Source: Phycisphaerae bacterium
GTDB taxonomy: Bacteria > Planctomycetota > Phycisphaerae > UBA1845 > Fen-1342
Direction: 5' to 3'
NCBI GenBank assembly: GCA_963675745.2
Contig: CAXXWX010000005.1
Coordinates: 32,001 to 96,000 of the forward strand
Length of the DNA stretch: 64,000 nt
Shown: piece after piece, positions 18,991 through 29,900 of the stretch
How the letters are laid out: each line of letters opens with the position of its first letter
Position numbering within the stretch: position 1 is the stretch's first letter
Translations under genes and position numbers: made by a program
The notes under the pieces: model-generated
Seen by the model: the letters and a program-made list of their open reading frames with translations, nothing else
Database searches by the model: none
What the model was told of the DNA's origin: nothing

Positions 18991-20067
18991 TCACGCTCGC
19001 CGTAGAGGCCGGCGACCCGCCATTACTCCGACCAACAGCAGGATCAACGAAGACGGCTCCGGTGTCTGCGGATCTTCATGAGGCAGATTCGGATCGCTTC
19101 CCGGCGGTAGTGGTTCATCGTCTGGTACGTACGGCGCTGGCTCGTCGTACGGCGGGTCCACGAAAACGAGTTCGTCTCCACCACCCGTGCCACGCGGCTC
19201 ACCCGGCAATGGCGGGTCGAGCCAGTCCAATGGCGGTGTGTACGCCGGCGGTGAATCCCACATATCCGGCACAGTTATGATCTGGCCGATTCCTCCACCC
19301 AGCGCCGAGCCGCCCCCACTGGCTCCGCTGCCACCACCGCCACCACCACTCAGCGCGCGCTCGCCCCAATTCACCGAGGTTAGCAGCGCGATGGGCAGCC
19401 CGCCCACTTCCACTGTCGAGAACAGCTCGGTCTCCGGCTTGATCGCAAGCACGGACGTGCGGAAGACCACGCAGGCACACGTCGGATCGGCACCGGCCTG
19501 TTGGACAATGTCTGCCGGCTCGTGACTGGCCCACATCCAACGTGCCTGGGGTTTGATCTCCGGTATCACGCCATGACTTTCGCCGTCATTGCGGCCGCCG
19601 ACGTAGGTTTCGTCCCAGGTATTGCCAACGTTGGCAGCCCGAATGATGGCCCGCAGCTCTTCCGGATCGGGCGCCGGATCACTGGCGTCACGCCGTAGTC
19701 CGGTGCGCACGACGCGCCAGGTTGCGTCACCACTCGTCAATGTCAACCCGTCAGTATCGAACTGCGCCAGCACGCCGGTGCTGTTCACCGCTGCGCCCCA
19801 GACAACCATGTACACCTGATTCTCGCCGTCAACGCGGAACGAGTGTTCCTCGGGCAACGCCCATGCGGCGGGAGTTGGCGGCGCCATCGGTCGCGGTGTG
19901 CAGTTACCCCCGATCAACGTCAGGCCTTCGCCCGTCGCCGCACCGATGTAGAGCGCGTAGCAATCTCGTGTTGAGACCACGGCATCCACGTCAGCGGCCT
20001 GGGTCACTGATGCCCAAACGCACAGCGGCAATACAAGCGCGAGGAGATACCAACGTCGCATGATCAC
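18991..20067 (-). CDS. PEP-CTERM surface protein
   Basis: Signal peptide; Gly/Pro-rich linker; C-terminal TPEPSSLILLLVGVMAGRRPLRRA. Confidence 0.85.
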   Translation of the reverse strand: MIMRRWYLLALVLPLCVWASVTQAADVDAVVSTRDCYALYIGAATGEGLTLIGGNCTPRPMAPPTPAAWALPEEHSFRVDGENQVYMVVWGAAVNSTGVLAQFDTDGLTLTSGDATWRVVRTGLRRDASDPAPDPEELRAIIRAANVGNTWDETYVGGRNDGESHGVIPEIKPQARWMWASHEPADIVQQAGADPTCACVVFRTSVLAIKPETELFSTVEVGGLPIALLTSVNWGERALSGGGGGGSGASGGGSALGGGIGQIITVPDMWDSPPAYTPPLDWLDPPLPGEPRGTGGGDELVFVDPPYDEPAPYVPDDEPLPPGSDPNLPHEDPQTPEPSSLILLLVGVMAGRRPLRRA

Positions 20068-20386
20068 GCCCTCGAAAAGGCCCGGCGATGGTTCTCGGTT
20101 ACCCGCGCCGCTTGGTGGGTCAGACCGGTCAGCGCGCGTCGGTGGGAGATTACGTCCGCATCCTGTGCGGCCCTGGTGCTCTGACCAATACTAGGATCGC
20201 ACGCCGCGCACGATCCACCGGGTCTGCGGTGTGAAAAAAAAACGCGTTTTGCGCACCCACCCGGATACGCCCATCGACCGCATCGTTTATTGGACACCCC
20301 CCCGACCGCCCCCACTCACGCAACAATAAAACCCGCGCCTACTCAGACCTTGCCGATAAGCCCGTTACGCCCCCGCCGCGAAACCC

Positions 20387-20421
20387 GTTCCCCGTTCCCT
20401 GTTCCCTGTTCCCAGTTCCCT
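20387..20421. repeat. Heptamer tandem repeat (GTTCCCN x5)
   Basis: gttcccc gttccct gttccct gttccca gttccct, intergenic. Confidence 0.85.
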
Positions 20422-20512
20422 GCCTTCCTGTACCATCGCCCCTGTACCGACTAGGATACCCCATCAAGTCGCACGCCCGTGCGGCGGCCCGACCTGATGG
20501 AGAATCACCCGC

Positions 20513-21307
20513 GTGAATACCGGCAAAGGCACCCCCGGCGACGCCGAAACCGTCGCTTCGGCTGATCTGTTCAAGGAAGTCGGGGCCATTGCGCGCCGCC
20601 TGGGGCCGGCCAGCGTTCTGGCCGTGATCGCCGCCGCCCTGCCCGCCCTCGGCGGATTCGCGCTCCTGTATTTCATTGATACCGCGTCGACCGCGCTACG
20701 CGAACACCAGAATGCGGGCCTGGCTATCTATACGCTGGTCTTCGCTCTCACGTCGGGTCTCGCCCTGCTGCCAACCTACGCCCAGGCTCTGCTCGGCGGG
20801 TGGGCGTTCGGCGTCTGGATCGGCGTGCCCGCCGCACTTGTCGGGTTCACCGGCGGGGCACTCATCGGCTACGCCGTTGCCCGTCGCGCTTCGGGCGAGC
20901 GCGTAACACAGCTCATCAACGAGAAGCCGAAGTGGCGTGCCGTGTACGAGGCGTTGCTGGGCGGCGGTTTCTGGCGCACCCTGGGGCTGATCACGCTCCT
21001 GCGCATTCCACCCAACTCCCCGTTTGCGATCACCAATCTGGTTATGGCCGCCACGCGCGTGCCGCTTGTGCCATACATCATTGGCACGATTGTCGGCATG
21101 GCGCCGCGCACCGCCGTCGCGGTCTACTTCGGCAGCCGGCTTGAAGGTGATTTCTCAATGGGGCGCCCCTGGTGGATGATTCTCGCCAGCATAATCTGCG
21201 CGATCATCATCCTTGCGGTCATCGGACACATCGGCAACCGCGCCATCGCCCGCGTGACCGGCGCAACCACCGCCGATCCCGAAGACACGCCAACTCCCGC
21301 AGACTAG
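20513..21307 (+). CDS. DedA/VTT (TVP38) family membrane protein
   Basis: LLGGWAFG, LLRIPPNSPFAITN, YIIGTIVGMAP. Confidence 0.88.
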   Translation: MNTGKGTPGDAETVASADLFKEVGAIARRLGPASVLAVIAAALPALGGFALLYFIDTASTALREHQNAGLAIYTLVFALTSGLALLPTYAQALLGGWAFGVWIGVPAALVGFTGGALIGYAVARRASGERVTQLINEKPKWRAVYEALLGGGFWRTLGLITLLRIPPNSPFAITNLVMAATRVPLVPYIIGTIVGMAPRTAVAVYFGSRLEGDFSMGRPWWMILASIICAIIILAVIGHIGNRAIARVTGATTADPEDTPTPAD

Positions 21308-21378
21308 CGCATCTTAAGAAACGGCGTCAGTGTGCCACGGCTCGTGGCGGTGAGGTGCCGCCGCTCTGGAGACAGGTC

Positions 21379-24250
21379 CTATTCCTCCGCCGGCAGCTTG
21401 CCGCGCCACTCGGCTGCGGCGTCCGGCTGGCCCCACATATCGTACAGGTCGACCAGTGCCTCGACCGCATCGACCGTCCGCATGTTGCCCGGCCCGGCTG
21501 CGTTGAGAAATCCCTCGTAGCACTCGAGGAAAATCTCCTCCGCCTCTTCATATCGCTGCTGACCGCGATAACAGCGCCCCAGTGACATCCGAGCCGTCAG
21601 GCGAAACCAGTGTCCCGGCGGTGCGGTTGCATCGACTTTCTCCACCAGGTCCGCCAGCAATGCCTCCGCCTCCTCAAACTCACCCATCGCGACAAGCAGC
21701 AGTCCGAGGTTGTTGGTGAACATCAGCGTGCGAATTCCGGTCGGACCATACGCCTCATGGCAGGCTTTCACCACCTGCCGCATGATTTCCTCAGTCTCCG
21801 CCAGCTTACCCTGGCCGTGTAACACGCCGGCATAGCCGTTCAGGCAGTCGATGGTCACCGGGTGATTCTCGCCGTGTATCTGGCGCGCGAGCGCGACGGC
21901 GTCGGCGAGGTACCCCTCGGCCTCCTCCAGCTTGCCGCGCAGCCGCAACGCGATCCCGAGGTTGAGCAGTGATTTGAGCGTGTCCGGATGGCGCGCCCCG
22001 AGGATTTCGGGCGCCTGGGCGGCGACCTCGCGCGAGAGAGACTCTGCTTCCTCAAGCGCACCGGACTCGGTCAGGTGTCCAATCAGGTTCAGCTTGGCCT
22101 GCACGGTACTGCGGTGGTCCTCGCCATACAGCTCGCGCGCCAGCCTCAACACCTCGCGCTTCAACGCTCCGGCTTCCTCCAGGCGACCGCGGTCGCCAAC
22201 CACCGACGCAAGATTCTGCAGCGCGACCAACCGTTGGGGCGAATCCTCACCGTGCCGCTCCGCCCAGAGCTGTTCAATCCCGCGCAGCAGCTCCTCGGCC
22301 TCCTCCAACCGCCCGCGCTCGCGCAGCAGAACCGCCAGCCCGTTTGTAGCTTCGAGCGTGGCGTTCGCGTCGTCGCCGAACGCGGCACGCATCACGGTGA
22401 GCACGTCGCTCAGCTCCACCTCCGCCTCGTCGATCCGGCCCTGCTCCCTCAGTACGCCGGCGAGTTGAAAGCGCAGGTCGAGCGTGTCCGCGTGGTTTTC
22501 CCCCCAATTCGGCGGCGTAGCGCGCGATCAGGTAGCGGTACAGCGTCTCCGCCACCTCCAGGCGGCCCTGTTGCCAGCGCAGCTCAGCCAGGCAGCCAAG
22601 CGACGCCCACGTGTCAGGATGATCCGGCCCCAAGTGGGCCAGCCGCAAATCACGCGCCGTCTCCAGATGCCGCTCAGCATCCGGATAATCACTGATATTG
22701 CAGTAGACCATGCCGATCGTGTTGTGGATCTCAGCTTGAATGGTCGGGAAACCCGCAAGCTCGGTGTCGATCCGTTCGGCGGCGTCGTCGAGAATCTCCC
22801 GCAGCAGACTGACGTCGCGGCCCAGCGCCTCCTGTGGATTAACGTGCCGCAACATGTCCATCAAGAACGCGCTGATCGTTTCCGCCTTGGCGGCGGCGGC
22901 CTCCGCGTCAGCTTGCGCGGCCAGTGCATCGTCGAGTCGCGTCGACGCCAACGCCTCGGCCCGCGTCGCGCGCAGCCACTGCACCGTGCTGATCACCGTG
23001 CCGGCCACCAGCGCCAAGACCACCACCAACATCGCGCCCACCAGCGTCCGATGCCGCCGCGCAAACTTGCGCATCTGGTATAGCGCGCTTGCCGGTCGCG
23101 CCGCGATCGGCTCGTCATTCAGAAAACGCCGAATGTCAGCGGCCATCTCGGCTGCGGATTGGTAACGGCGTCCGCGGTCCTTCTCGAGCGCCGTCGCGAC
23201 AATCGTCTCAAGGTCGCCGCGCAGCGAACGATTCGCCGTGCTCAAACGGGCGGCGGTCTCCTCGCGAATGACGCGCACCGCCTCCGGCACATTCTTGCCG
23301 CGCACTTCGTAGGGCAGTTGACCCGTGAGCGCTTGATACGCGACTACGCCCAGCGCGTAGACATCCGAGCGCGTGTCCAGTTGACTCGAATCACCCTCGA
23401 CCTGCTCCGGGCTCATGTAGGGCAACGTGCCGATCAATTGCCCGAGATCGGTGTGCATGGTCGTCACGCTCACGTCGGCATCGGTCATGCGCGCCACGCC
23501 GAAATCGAGTATCTTCGGCTGTCCGGATTCGGTGATCCGGATGTTGCCAGGCTTGAGGTCGCGGTGAATCACGCCCTTCTGATGGGCGGCGTGAACCGCA
23601 TCGCAGATTCTGGCCAGCAATTCAAGGCGGCGACGCAGCGAGATGCCGGCCCGCTCGACGTAGCGGCCCAGCGCTTCGCCGCGTACCAGTTCCATGGCGA
23701 GGAATGGCTGCTCGACCGTCACGCCGCCGGCCCGCGTGACGGTGGCGGTGCCGGCTTCGTATATCTGCGCGATTCCCGGGTCCTGAAGCTGTCCGAGCAC
23801 ATGTGCCTCGAACTGAAATCGACGCATCACGTCTCGCGACGCCAACCCCGGGCGGATGATCTTCAGGGCGACGGTGCGGCGCGGGATATCCTGCTCCGCT
23901 TCATACACCACCCCCATCCCGCCGGCCCCGATTCTGCTGATGACCCGGTAGCGACCGATCTGGGCCGGCATCTCCTCATCGGCCTCGGGCCACGGATCGA
24001 GACCGGATGAGGGCTCGTCCTTGGCGGCACCCGGCGCAAACGCGCGCAACGCCTCCGCAGCTTCAACCGGTCGGCGAATCGGCAACGTCTGCTGATCGTG
24101 AGCCAGCAGCGATTCAACTTCCGAGCGCAGCTCGGCATCCGTCGCACCCAGGCGGTCGAGGTACACGCGGCGCTCTGCCGCCTCCAGGACGCAGGCCTCG
24201 CCATACGCGCTCTTGATTTGCTGATATCGTTCCGGTGTCACCGGTACCAC
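21379..24250 (-). pseudogene. Ser/Thr protein kinase with C-terminal TPR array, split by a single-base frameshift (or a sequencing error)
   Basis: GAGGMGVV, VALK, HRDLKPGN, DFG, GTLPYMSPEQ. Deleting one G from the G6 run at 22500-22505 restores ELGENHADTLDLRFQLA... and fuses ORF 22274-24250 with ORF 21379-22419. Confidence 0.88.
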
Positions 24251-24403
24251 CTGCCCACGGAGTGCGTGCTCCGGGTCGTGCGCACGTGTTAACAGGGTCT
24301 CGGCCGCAACTCATGCGGCTGCCAACCCCAGCGCTGCCCCCGGCAGATCGCGATTATAACCGAACGCACCGCCGAGTGACGCGACTTATATCTGGTCGCG
24401 GCG

Positions 24404-26050
24404 TCAGTTCGGGCAAACCGCCACAACCCACACCGTTTCGTAGCGGCCCTTAACGTAGTTGAAACCTGTCACGCCGTTCCAACCCGCCGCTTCCGTCCCG
24501 GATGCCAGGCCCGCGCGATCGAGCAACTCGCCGGCCACGATCACTACCCTGGACTGCCCTGTGCATGTCAGTTCCTGCGCGATTTCCCCGCGCGGCACGA
24601 TGCGCGCCTGACGCTTTAGGTAGTAGTAGATCGTGGGCTCCTCGTCGGTGGTCGCGACCAGCTCGACGTCGGGCGTCATAAGCGCATTCGCCCGCTTTGC
24701 TACGTTCACGCTCAGCCGATGCGCTTCGAGGCTTGGCAGCAAGCACAGTCCGACCATGACGTGGAACACGCCTGTCACGCCGGCGGCAGTGGCCCAGGTG
24801 ACAATCAGGCGGCGCCGCGCGGCAAACCACGCGACCAGCACGAACCCACCCACCAGCGCGCCGCCGCACACCAGCGCCGCGCTACCCCACGTTTGCCCGC
24901 TGCCGAAATATCCGGCACCTGCCAGCGCGCCACCACAAGCCGCCGCCAGCGCGATCCAGACGAACAGCACGACCCGCTGCCCGGCGGTGATGGTCGCGTC
25001 CACACCGCGGTCCCACATTCGCCCGAACATGATTGCCAGGGGCACGAAACAGGGCAGCACATAGTGCGGCAGCTTGCCCGGAATGAGCTCCAGCAGCAGC
25101 CACGGCACCACGAACCAGATCACCAGCAACATGGCACGCCGGTCATCCCGCCGCGCGCGCCATGCTTCGAACAGCGCCCCCGGCACGAGCACGCTCCACG
25201 GCATCCAGCCGGCCAGCCCGACTACTGCGTAATAGCCCGGCGGCCCGACGTGCCCGTGTGGCGGCTCGGTGAAGCGCGAGATGATCTCGTACCCGAGGAA
25301 CTGCTCGGCCAGCGCCCCACCCCCGTGTCGGCCGATGTACCAGTACCAGGGTGCCGCGATCATGATCGCCACCGGGCACGGCAACCACAGCCGCCATGAC
25401 GCCAGCCAGCGGCGCGAGCGCGCCGATTTGAGCAGCGCCAACCCGAACCCCGCCAGGAACAGGGCCACCACCGGCCCCTTTGTCAGCACCGCCAGGCCGA
25501 CGTAGAGCCAGAATACCATGCCGCCGCACAGCGTCGCGCCGCGCTCGGATGTCCGCCAGAGCGCGCACATCGCCGCCAGCATCCACAAGAGCAGCAACGC
25601 ATCGGTGATCATCAGACGCCCGAGAATCACCGGCATCCCCGCAGTCACAAACGAAACGGCCGCAATCCACGCCACCCGTCGGCCGTACAGCGCGGCGGCT
25701 AGCGCTGCCAGTAGCTGCACCACCGCCGCCATCGCGATCACGGACACAAGCCGGCCCGCCCATTCCTGCTGACCGAACACACGCCAAAGACCGCCCACAC
25801 ACCAGTACAGAAGCGGCGGCTTGCCGATCCACGGCTGCCCCAGATAACGCGGGACCAGCCAATCTCCGCTATCGAGCATCTCGCGCGTCACCTCGGCGTA
25901 CCAGCCCTCATCCCGATCGGTGAAGCTCACGCCGAATGTGCCCGGCAGGAAAATCGCCAGCGAGATCAGCAGGAGTGCCACCCGATCGCCGATCGGGAGC
26001 GAGCCGCCTGTCCCGGGCGCCACGTGGTGTTGAACGGGGTCGTTGGACAT
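24404..26050 (-). CDS. ArnT/PMT-family (GT83/GT39-like) glycosyltransferase
   Basis: DRDEGWYAEVTREM, KPPLLYW, LTKGPV, KLPHYVLP; polytopic. Confidence 0.9.
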   Translation of the reverse strand: MSNDPVQHHVAPGTGGSLPIGDRVALLLISLAIFLPGTFGVSFTDRDEGWYAEVTREMLDSGDWLVPRYLGQPWIGKPPLLYWCVGGLWRVFGQQEWAGRLVSVIAMAAVVQLLAALAAALYGRRVAWIAAVSFVTAGMPVILGRLMITDALLLLWMLAAMCALWRTSERGATLCGGMVFWLYVGLAVLTKGPVVALFLAGFGLALLKSARSRRWLASWRLWLPCPVAIMIAAPWYWYIGRHGGGALAEQFLGYEIISRFTEPPHGHVGPPGYYAVVGLAGWMPWSVLVPGALFEAWRARRDDRRAMLLVIWFVVPWLLLELIPGKLPHYVLPCFVPLAIMFGRMWDRGVDATITAGQRVVLFVWIALAAACGGALAGAGYFGSGQTWGSAALVCGGALVGGFVLVAWFAARRRLIVTWATAAGVTGVFHVMVGLCLLPSLEAHRLSVNVAKRANALMTPDVELVATTDEEPTIYYYLKRQARIVPRGEIAQELTCTGQSRVVIVAGELLDRAGLASGTEAAGWNGVTGFNYVKGRYETVWVVAVCPN

Positions 26051-26115
26051 GTGCCTGGCATGCTACTCGCCGCGCCGGGCTTGCGAAACACGCGCCCAGC
26101 CGTTTCACTTCCCGG

Positions 26116-26949
26116 ATGTCGCGCGATCCGACCATCCGCCTGCCCTGGTACCCGCTGGTCATCGGCGCCGGCCTGTCCCTGCTTGCGGTCTTTATCGACC
26201 AGCCGGTCGTGGCCGCCCTGAGCCAGGGAGGCGCCGCGCATAACAACGTCTGGCTCGTCATCAAGCTGCTCGAGCCGATCGCCGCCCTGTGCCTGTTGCT
26301 GGTGTTCATGGTGACATTGTGGCGGCGGCAGCGCCTGGCGCGCGCCCTGATGTTCCTGGTGGCCGCTATCGCCGTGAATATCACGCTGGAGCTGCTTCGC
26401 CTCAGGATCGCGCCGGATTCTCCTGGGGCCGCAGCGCTTCAGTCGCTGCAGTCCGGCGTCGGATGGGCGTTGGTGCTCGCGCTGCTGAGTCTTTACGCGA
26501 ATGGCCAGCGTCTGTGCGCCGGCTTCCTGACGGCGGTTGTGGCGTCAACCACGCTCACGCACTTGCTCAAGTGGCTCATCGGACGTGCGCGACCACACAC
26601 CGATCTGGGCCTGTTCCACTTCAATCCGCTGCATGGTGGCCAGGGCGACTTTGAGTCGTTCCCTTCCGGCCATGCCAGCGCGGCCGCCACGCTCGCGCTG
26701 CTGCTCAGCCTTTACTTCCCGCGTGCCCGGCTGCTGTTTCTTGCCACCGCCATCCTGACGGGATTGGAACGGATCGCCGCGGACAAGCACTTTCCGTCTG
26801 ACGTGCTGGCGGGCTACGTGCTGGGTTTGACAACGGTATACGTGGTGGTACGGATTCTGGGCAGCGACTATTACCGCCTGGAACTCCCCGCGCCCCCACT
26901 CACCGATGCCACGCCGCCATCGGCTACGGGCTCACAATCTTCTCTCTGA
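26116..26949 (+). CDS. PAP2-family membrane phosphatase
   Basis: KWLIGRARP, SFPSGH, ERIAADKHFPSDV. Confidence 0.92.
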   Translation: MSRDPTIRLPWYPLVIGAGLSLLAVFIDQPVVAALSQGGAAHNNVWLVIKLLEPIAALCLLLVFMVTLWRRQRLARALMFLVAAIAVNITLELLRLRIAPDSPGAAALQSLQSGVGWALVLALLSLYANGQRLCAGFLTAVVASTTLTHLLKWLIGRARPHTDLGLFHFNPLHGGQGDFESFPSGHASAAATLALLLSLYFPRARLLFLATAILTGLERIAADKHFPSDVLAGYVLGLTTVYVVVRILGSDYYRLELPAPPLTDATPPSATGSQSSL

Positions 26950-27559
26950 TCGCGTATCGCGCCAGATCGACGCGGTCGCGCAGCCCCAGCTTGCGTAAGA
27001 GGCTCGTGCGGTAAGAATCAGCCGTTTTGTAGGCGATGGCCATCTTTGCCGCCGCGTCGCGCAGTGTCATCCCCATCGCCAGCAGCGGGAGCAGCTCGGC
27101 TTCGCGCCGCGACAACGCCGGTTTGCCGTTATTGCCGCGTCCCCCGAACAGAATCCTCGCCACCGAATCGCTGAAGTGACGTCTGCCGGCGAGCAGCGTA
27201 TCGACTGCGATCGCCAACTCGCTCACGTTGGCCTGCTTTGTTACGAAGCCGTCCAGCGAACACCCGCGCCACGGCAGCAGCGAGGCTTCGTCCGTCGCCC
27301 CGGACAGAACCAGAATGCGCGCGCGCGGCTGAAGTCGTGGAACCATCTGAACCGCGTCCGACACTTCCGGGGTCGGATGATCGCAGTCGATGACAACCAG
27401 ATCGGGCTTTTCGCGCAACGCCGTCCACACCGCGGTGGCTTCGAACCCCGTGTCCTTCGCAATCGGACAAGCCAGGTCGTGTTCGAACAGGCGGCGCATG
27501 GACTGCCGCACAAGCGTGTACGGCGCCATCAGGTAAACCAGCGCGTCTGAGCGATGCAT
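26924..27559 (-). CDS. NarL/LuxR-family response regulator
   Basis: PDLVVID receiver; LSRREAELL...KTADSYRTSLLRKLG HTH. Confidence 0.9.
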   Translation of the reverse strand: MHRSDALVYLMAPYTLVRQSMRRLFEHDLACPIAKDTGFEATAVWTALREKPDLVVIDCDHPTPEVSDAVQMVPRLQPRARILVLSGATDEASLLPWRGCSLDGFVTKQANVSELAIAVDTLLAGRRHFSDSVARILFGGRGNNGKPALSRREAELLPLLAMGMTLRDAAAKMAIAYKTADSYRTSLLRKLGLRDRVDLARYAIREKIVSP

Positions 27560-27729
27560 GACCAGTGACTTGCCGGGCCGCCGCACGTCGCAGCGCGTGT
27601 CGGCGGGTTGGGTTGCACTACGTTGACCCAGGCGAACACCCCACACCCGTCGGGCGAACGCCCCAACCGCATTGCCCTAGCCTAACCGCTAACGGCTCAG
27701 GTGAATGCCTGTATTATCAGAACTTTTGC

Positions 27730-28665
27730 CTAACTTCTGGACCCGCCTGGAACTGCGATCCCCATGAACCTCATAACCTGCTGCAAGTCTTCCCACGTCT
27801 TGCCCTTCTCACCCGGACTGCGCAGCAGATACGCCGGATGAAACGTCGGCATCAGTTTGACGCTCGGAAGCCCGAAGCTCGCCAGCTCGGGCGGCGGAAA
27901 TTCGTGGAACGAACCCCGCAGTCGCCCTATCGGCGTGCGCGTCAGCAGCAGAGCCTGCGACGACGGACGTCCCAACGTCACAATCACCTTTGGTCGCAAC
28001 ACCGCCAATTGCCGGAACAGATACGGCGCGCACGTGGCCATTTCCTCGTCGGTCGGCGTGCGATTTCCCGGCGGACGGCACTTCACGATGTTGCTTATGT
28101 AGACCTGCTCGCGCGTCAGCGTCATCGCCGCCAGCATCCGCGTCAGCAGTTGGCCCGCCCGCCCCACAAACGGCACGCCCTGACGATCCTCTTCGGCCCC
28201 AGGCCCTTCACCGACGAACACCAGCTCCGGCCTCGGGTTACCAGCGCCAAATACCGTCCGCGTACGGCCCTGGCACAGCCCGCAGCGCGTGCAGGTCTCC
28301 ACGTGTTCCCGGTTGAGCTGATCCAAAGCCGCCTGGGCTTCATCCGGCGACAGCTCCCGCTCGTTCGCCTCCGGGAGCTCTTTCGGCATCTTGATATTGC
28401 GGAGCGGAGCCTGTCCCGCCAGCGGCTGGAGAGGTTCACGCGGCGGGGCCGGCGCGCGATCATCCGACCACAACGAAGAAGATCGCGTCGGCGTGGCGGG
28501 CTCGGGTGATGCCGGGCTGAGCTCCACGTCGGGCATCTGTTGAGGGCCCCCCCTTCCGATTGACCGTTCGGGTGAGACCGCCACGTGGCGAATGCCGAGC
28601 CGCCGCTCGCCGCGCAGCCACTCCCGCAAACTGCCAGTAATCTGATCGCCTTTCCCAGCACTCAC
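27730..28665 (-). CDS. Uracil-DNA glycosylase family 4 (Fe-S type)
   Basis: CTRCGLC, VGEGPG, PFVGRAGQLL, NIVKCRPPGNR, FHPAYLLR. Confidence 0.93.
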   Translation of the reverse strand: MSAGKGDQITGSLREWLRGERRLGIRHVAVSPERSIGRGGPQQMPDVELSPASPEPATPTRSSSLWSDDRAPAPPREPLQPLAGQAPLRNIKMPKELPEANERELSPDEAQAALDQLNREHVETCTRCGLCQGRTRTVFGAGNPRPELVFVGEGPGAEEDRQGVPFVGRAGQLLTRMLAAMTLTREQVYISNIVKCRPPGNRTPTDEEMATCAPYLFRQLAVLRPKVIVTLGRPSSQALLLTRTPIGRLRGSFHEFPPPELASFGLPSVKLMPTFHPAYLLRSPGEKGKTWEDLQQVMRFMGIAVPGGSRS

Positions 28666-28932
28666 GCCAACAGGATATAGACGCGCCGCGCAACGTACAA
28701 GGTCAGGGCGAGCCAGCGCCGCAGCCCGGAGTAGCGGCCCGCGGGCTCACGCACTGACGGTGATCACGAAAACACCCGCCGACAACTCGTGAATTCCATG
28801 ATGATACGATTCACTAATATGGCAACGGCGCGGCGGGCTCTGGCGTAACCGCATCAACTACAACCGGTTACGTCCCAGTGGCCGGGGAGCCGTGACCGTT
28901 TGAGGTTCTGTCTGCGGCCGGTCGGTTTTTGG

Positions 28933-28961
28933 TTGATAACGCCCCCGCGTTCCAGTAACAT
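28933..28961 (+). promoter_or_regulatory. Sigma70-like promoter
   Basis: TTGATA-N17-TAACAT upstream of the PEP-CTERM gene at 29053. Confidence 0.55.
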
Positions 28962-29052
28962 TGGGGTGGATGAGGAGAAAGGCTGTCCCCAGCCTTAGTT
29001 TGTGCAACGTACTAATAGCATGTCTATTCTGACCATGCAGGAGGAGGATGGT

Positions 29053-29739
29053 ATGAAACTCAAGTTCAGCATTGCGGTAATCGCCGCGCTGGGCATGTTT
29101 GCGAGTGGTGCGGGGGCCGACACGATCGGCTACTGCGACTCAGTGGTGTTCACCAGCGATACTCAAGCCGATCAGAGCATTGTCTTGCCGGCGTTTGATA
29201 CAGCCGGTGGCACGCTGACGTTGACGGGTGTTTCTGTCTCGGTGACCCACGACGGATCATGCGACATTCGCGGCGACAACGATGACCCGTTCAAGACGGC
29301 GGACGTTCAAGCGCGGATTATTCGTCAGGCTATGGTCATTGGACCGGGCGTCTCCGCGTTTGCCTCCAAGACGATTACGAGCGATGTGGAGCATCTGCTG
29401 GCGGACGACGGTGACCTCACGGTCTTCGACCCCACCCCGCCGGACGGCCATGATTTCGGCTTGCTTACCTATGTTGATGAACCTGCGTTTGGCTCACCGT
29501 TCAGCCCCTCGCCGGCGCTGTATGCCGACGTGGGCACCGTCACGTTTACGGTTGGAAACGGGCAGCTACTGATGGTGAACGACCAGCAGTTCATCGGTAC
29601 GGCGCCGGATTCCTGGCAGTTGGAAGTTGAGAATCCGCTCTTCGAGATCGAGGTCTGCGTAGAGTACACGTACATCCCAGAGCCGGCGTCGTTGTCGCTG
29701 TTGTCGCTGGCCGGCCTTGCACTCCTGCGCCGCCGCTAG
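29053..29739 (+). CDS. PEP-CTERM protein (choice-of-anchor E-like)
   Basis: GAGGAGG RBS; signal peptide; LPAFDT..GTLTLTGV; IPEPASLSLLSLAGLALLRRR. Confidence 0.9.
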   Translation: MKLKFSIAVIAALGMFASGAGADTIGYCDSVVFTSDTQADQSIVLPAFDTAGGTLTLTGVSVSVTHDGSCDIRGDNDDPFKTADVQARIIRQAMVIGPGVSAFASKTITSDVEHLLADDGDLTVFDPTPPDGHDFGLLTYVDEPAFGSPFSPSPALYADVGTVTFTVGNGQLLMVNDQQFIGTAPDSWQLEVENPLFEIEVCVEYTYIPEPASLSLLSLAGLALLRRR

Positions 29740-29779
29740 CCGGGTCGGTGTCAGGGGGAGTTGAAGATTCGGGAAACAG

Positions 29780-29810
29780 CGGGGTCGCGTGGTAGCGCGA
29801 CCCCGTTTTT
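29780..29810 (+). terminator. Rho-independent terminator
   Basis: CGGGGTCGCG-tggtag-CGCGACCCCG followed by TTTTT. Confidence 0.9.
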
Positions 29811-29900
29811 GTTGCTGCTGCCGGAACTCAATCAGCACGAATCCTGCCCGCGTGTTTCGTGGGCGTGTTACCCGATAGTCGGGAAGAGAGATTCTTGTCT

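Noticed and set aside
21331..21352. GTGCCACGGCTC match to REP family B
   Set aside because: Only a degenerate half-site with no partner arm; noted as evidence that the REP is dispersed, not called as a feature.
22496..22505. Programmed -1 ribosomal frameshift at G GGA AAA C
   Set aside because: Joining the kinase and TPR frames needs +1, not -1.
28846..28872. GTAACCG...CGGTTAC inverted repeat upstream of the PEP-CTERM gene
   Set aside because: 7-bp arms are too short to assign without comparative data.
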